Shown here: positions 11,846-15,267 of the stretch, piece by piece
Layout: every line of letters starts with the position of its first letter
How positions within the stretch are numbered: the first letter of the stretch is position 1
Source: Octopus sinensis
Taxonomy: Eukaryota
Direction of reading: 5' to 3'
Length of the DNA stretch: 15,267 bases
Assembly: GCF_006345805.1 (NCBI RefSeq)
Contig: NW_021825440.1
Span: 1-15,267, forward strand
Translations under genes and position numbers: made by a program
Notes under the pieces: model-generated
What the model saw: only the letters and a program-made list of their open reading frames with translations
Database searches by the model: none
What the model was told of the DNA's origin: nothing

Positions 11846-11975
11846 ATGTTTCTTTATTAGCCACACAGGGCTGCACACAGACGGGACAAATTACAAGGCA
11901 GAGCTTTTCTTTTGGGGATAAAAAAGGGGGGGTTTCGATCAAAAGGGATCGTAAAAGGAAAGAAAGAGTAAAGCA
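11846..11975 (-). mobile_element. 3' end of a retroposon (LINE-like) with AATAAA and a (TATC)n tail
   Basis: Minus strand reads ...TTTGTCCCGTCTGTGTGCAGCCCTGTGTGGCTAATAAAGAAACATATCTATC...; AATAAA at 11853-11858 lies just before the tandem-repeat tail. Similar to the SINE tail at 14501-14550. Confidence 0.65.
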
Positions 11976-11988
11976 AAAGAAAAAAAAA

Positions 11989-12222
<234 letters not shown>

Positions 12223-12872
12223 ATACGCAGAGAGCGAGAGAGAGGCAGGTAGACACTTTGAAGAATATGTGGAAATAATCTATCGGTCTGTAGTTGTCGG
12301 TAACCAGGTGGGTGACCGAACACCCGACCATCCAACCAACTGACCATCCATCCAACCAAGCAACAAACTAAGCGGTTGGCTTTGTCTTTGCTTCTTATGA
12401 TAAGAAGGTAGGTAGGTATGTATGTAGGTAGGTTGGAGGGCTGGGGAGTCAGGTGGGTCGAGTAAATGAATGAATAGGTTTGTTGGCCGGTTAGGTGGCA
12501 GGTATATGCATATCTCTCTGTGTGTCTATGTGTGTGTATGTTATGCATATAACAGCATACGTGTAGTAGTGGTGGTGGTGGTGGTGGTAGTTTTTGTGGT
12601 GGTGGTGGTGGTGGCGAGTGGATGGGACCTGGTCGGTCGGCTTCGAGTCACGTCTCGAGACGTTGCTCTTTTGTTCTATGCAATTGAATATTTTCACATG
12701 AATTGAAGTTTCCTTTCAGCTCTATTTCAATATATTCGTTAACAAGCATTCGACCTTAGCACAAATTCTCTACAGTCGGCATAAACGGAATAAACGGCAC
12801 AAGTTTTTCTGCCAGCCATTTTATCTGGTAAAATATATTCGATGTCAAAACTATCAATGAATTATTATTAAT

Positions 12873-13046
12873 CATAATAATGAAATGATGATAATAATAT
12901 AATAATAATAATAATAATAAATAATAATAATAATAATGATGATGATGATGCTGATGATGATGATGATGATGATAATAATAATAATAATATTAAGTAATAA
13001 TAATAATAATAATAATAATAATATAATGATAATGATAATAATAATG

Positions 13047-13128
<82 letters not shown>

Positions 13129-13142
13129 TAATAATTTAAAAA

Positions 13143-13183
<41 letters not shown>

Positions 13184-13354
13184 TAATGATAATGATAATA
13201 AAAATTTGAAGAGGAAGAAGAATGAAGAGGAGGGGAGGAGGAGGTGGAAGGAGGAGGAGGAGAAAATAAGAAGAAGGAGGAGAAAAAGAATTGAATTAAA
13301 TATTTATAACAGAAACAACAATAACAACAACAATAATAATAATAATAATAATAA

Positions 13355-13410
<56 letters not shown>

Positions 13411-13412
13411 AT
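12873..13412. repeat. (AAT)n/(GAT)n, (GAG)-rich, (AAC)n and (AGT)n trinucleotide tracts
   Basis: Directly visible. Confidence 0.95.
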
Positions 13413-13739
13413 CAAAGAATAAAATAAACAAAACAAGAAAAATAGAAATGATAAAATAATTTTTGTAATTCTTTTAAAACAAAATCAAGAAATTGAAGAA
13501 ATTGATAACTGAGTAAAAGAATAAATGGGCGAATATGTAACATTTTTTTTTTTAGCAAAGAATGATTTTCTTTTAAATGAAAATAATGCAAGAAAAAATA
13601 TTAAAGGCATTAATATTGAGAGAAGAAGAACAACGATAATAATAATAATATTAATCATAATAATAATGGTAATAATGATGATAATAATAATAATAATAAT
13701 AATAACAATAATAATAAAATAATAATAATAATAATAATA

Positions 13740-13770
<31 letters not shown>

Positions 13771-14312
13771 GCCCTGATGCAGTACCAGGCAGTGGCTCTC
13801 ATGGCTTCTGACTTAACTGATTGGAAGTGTTATCATGTACATTGTTTTGTCTTGGTATAAAAGATGCTACAGCAAATATTCTGCTAAATACCACGATTGC
13901 TTGTCAGTTGTTTGACCTTAACCAGTTGAGCATGTCCCTAGTGGCTGACGATATGTGCATCTCTGATCACGAGCAGAAGTATGTGGGGGAGCATCATAGC
14001 CATTGTTGAGAGGGATTCTTTGGGGTTTGATAGTTCACCTGGAAACATGGGTGGTTCTTTCAACATCCTTAAACAACCCTTATTCAGGGACCGTTTGGCG
14101 GGATGGGCTACTCAACCTGAAGAAAATTTAAAGGGGCCCCACCTGCAAGGTCATGTGCTGTTTATCTTATATGAGATCACCATGTCGCGCACATATGGTT
14201 GTGATGCATGTGCCTGGTGTACCTTTATCAGACGGGTAGTCATGATGGGTATTGGGCTTCGTATATTTTACCCCAGTGTCACTTTGATGCAGATGAATGC
14301 TCTCTCACTCAA
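13771..14312. mobile_element. ~540 bp non-coding interspersed element embedded in (AAT)n on both sides; probable non-autonomous retroposon
   Basis: Sharp boundaries against (AAT)n at 13770 and ~14314; balanced complex sequence with no credible ORF. I recall it as a high-copy octopus repeat (unverified). Confidence 0.7.
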
Positions 14313-14335
14313 TTAATAATAATAATAATAATTTT

Positions 14336-14681
14336 TTTTCAAATTTTTTGCTACAAAGGCAGCTTTGGGGAAGAGATTAAATCGATTACATCGACCCTAG
14401 TGCGTAACTGGTACCAATATTATCGACCCAGAAAGGATGAAATCCAAAGTCGGCCTCGGCGGAATTTGAACTCTGAATGTAGCGACAGACGAAATACCTA
14501 TTTCTTTACTACTCACAAGGGACAAAACACAGAGCACAAACAAGGACAGACAAACGGATTAAGTCGATTATATAGACCCCAGTGCGTAAATGGTACTTAA
14601 TTTATCAACCCCGAAAGGATGAAAGACAAAGTCGACCTCGGCTGAATTTGAACTCAGAACGTAGCGGCAGACGAAATACCG
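14336..14681 (-). mobile_element. SINE family 2 head-to-tail dimer (monomers ~14499-14681 and ~14336-14498) with two different 3' tails, 5'-truncated
   Basis: TCGATTA.AT.GACCC.AGTGCGTAA.TGGTAC...GAAAGGATGAAA...CCTCGGC.GAATTTGAACTC.GAA.GTAGCG.CAGACGAAATACC occurs at 14382-14498 and 14564-14680. Confidence 0.9.
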
Positions 14682-14770
14682 CAGTAAACGACAGGACAAG
14701 TTGAACAACAGTAATATAACAGCCCTTAACGTTCGTATTACTGTTGTTCTACTTGTCCTGTCGTTTACTG
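14682..14770. repeat. 35-bp inverted repeat (1 mismatch) with a 19-nt loop
   Basis: CAGTAAACGACAGGACAAGTTGAACAACAGTAATA (14682-14716) vs TATTACTGTTGTTCTACTTGTCCTGTCGTTTACTG (14736-14770). Confidence 0.95.
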
Positions 14771-14870
14771 TTTTTATTATTATTTTTATTTGTATATTTA
14801 CTGTCTTGTATTGTTTTTACTGTCCTGTTTTACCCCTCCGCAAAAAATCTCAAATTATTTGCGGGAAAGA

Positions 14871-14946
14871 CCGTTTCATCGAAGTTGTGTCTCGCCTATA
14901 CCTTCGAAACGCGGAGTAGACGAAACGGAGGCGGCTGAAGAAGGGG
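14871..14946 (+). ncRNA. Putative non-circularly permuted hammerhead ribozyme; predicted cleavage 3' of C14891
   Basis: GUC 14889-14891; stem III UUGUGU(14885-90)/ACGCGG(14909-14); stem I UCGCCU(14892-97)/AGGCGG(14929-34); GAAA 14906-09; CUGAAGA 14935-41; weak stem II AGGGG(14942-46)/CCUUC(14901-05); extra helix 14871-80/14919-28. Paired by eye only. Confidence 0.6.
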
Positions 14947-15157
14947 AATTTTCCTTGTGCCGTATGTCTTGTACCCTGTTTTTTGGTTGTTTAAAAAAAA
15001 TGTCTGTTTCCATGGTTCTGTTTTTATGTTTTCATTTCCCATTGTGTTCGACATTTTGGTGTCTGTTACCTATATATGCAGTGGTATATTACATATAGAA
15101 GTAGTAACGTAATATATGTGGTATATATGCTTATATGTTTTATGAGTAGTTTGTTAT

Positions 15158-15215
15158 TATATATATATATATACATACTAATAATATATATAGATAGAGA
15201 TATAGTATATAATAT

Positions 15216-15267
<52 letters not shown>
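15158..15267. repeat. (TA)n microsatellite
   Basis: Directly visible. Confidence 0.95.

Larger units (their letters stand above)
14682..15070 (+). mobile_element. Structured non-coding element (hairpins, hammerhead-like module, T-rich 3' region) ending at TA-rich repeat; possibly derived from a Penelope-like element
   Basis: It truncates the SINE at 14681 and contains hairpins at 14682-14770, 14838-14864 and 14941-14956, plus hammerhead core motifs. It ends at TATATA (~15071). The class assignment is inference from the known association of hammerheads with Penelope-like elements. Confidence 0.55.

Noticed and set aside
13996-14130. Third possible permuted hammerhead: GTTGAG (14005-14010) can pair with CTCAAC before CTGAAGA (14117-14123), with GAAACATGG at 14042
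   Set aside because: The stem III partner is imperfect (CCATT rather than CCATGT+H), there is no stem II, and the spacing differs greatly from the other two. Worth rechecking only on the family consensus.
14931-14965. Conventional type I/III hammerhead starting at CTGAAGA with hairpin AAGGGG-AATT-TTCCTT as stem II
   Set aside because: No GAAA follows the hairpin. A type II reading using GUA at 14916-14918 also fails because no stem I forms.

Overview
Repeat-saturated eukaryotic non-coding DNA (intronic or intergenic). It is most likely from an octopus (coleoid cephalopod), judged from SINE/LINE families I recognise from memory, not from a search. Most of the window is simple repeat: (TA)n, (ATT/AAT)n, (GATA)n, (GA)n, (TG)n and a ~2 kb GGT/GGC block. 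Nearly all listed ORFs are translations of these repeats. Interspersed are copies of two tRNA-derived SINE families, the 3' end of an RTE-type LINE, another retroposon 3' end with a (TATC)n tail, and a ~540 bp element embedded in (AAT)n. No protein-coding gene can be named; two weak minus-strand exon candidates (144 nt and 21 nt, both phase 1-1) are noted. The most interesting signal is at 14871-14946 (+). All hammerhead ribozyme core elements (GUC cleavage triplet, GAAA, CUGAAGA, stems I and III) are present, but in the order GUC -> GAAA -> CUGANGA, which is not one of the three circular permutations (types I/II/III). A second, sequence-unrelated and truncated element at 5066-5200 (-) shows the same GAAA-(24 nt)-CUGAGGA layout. 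Together they suggest mobile elements carrying non-circularly permuted (pseudoknotted) hammerheads.
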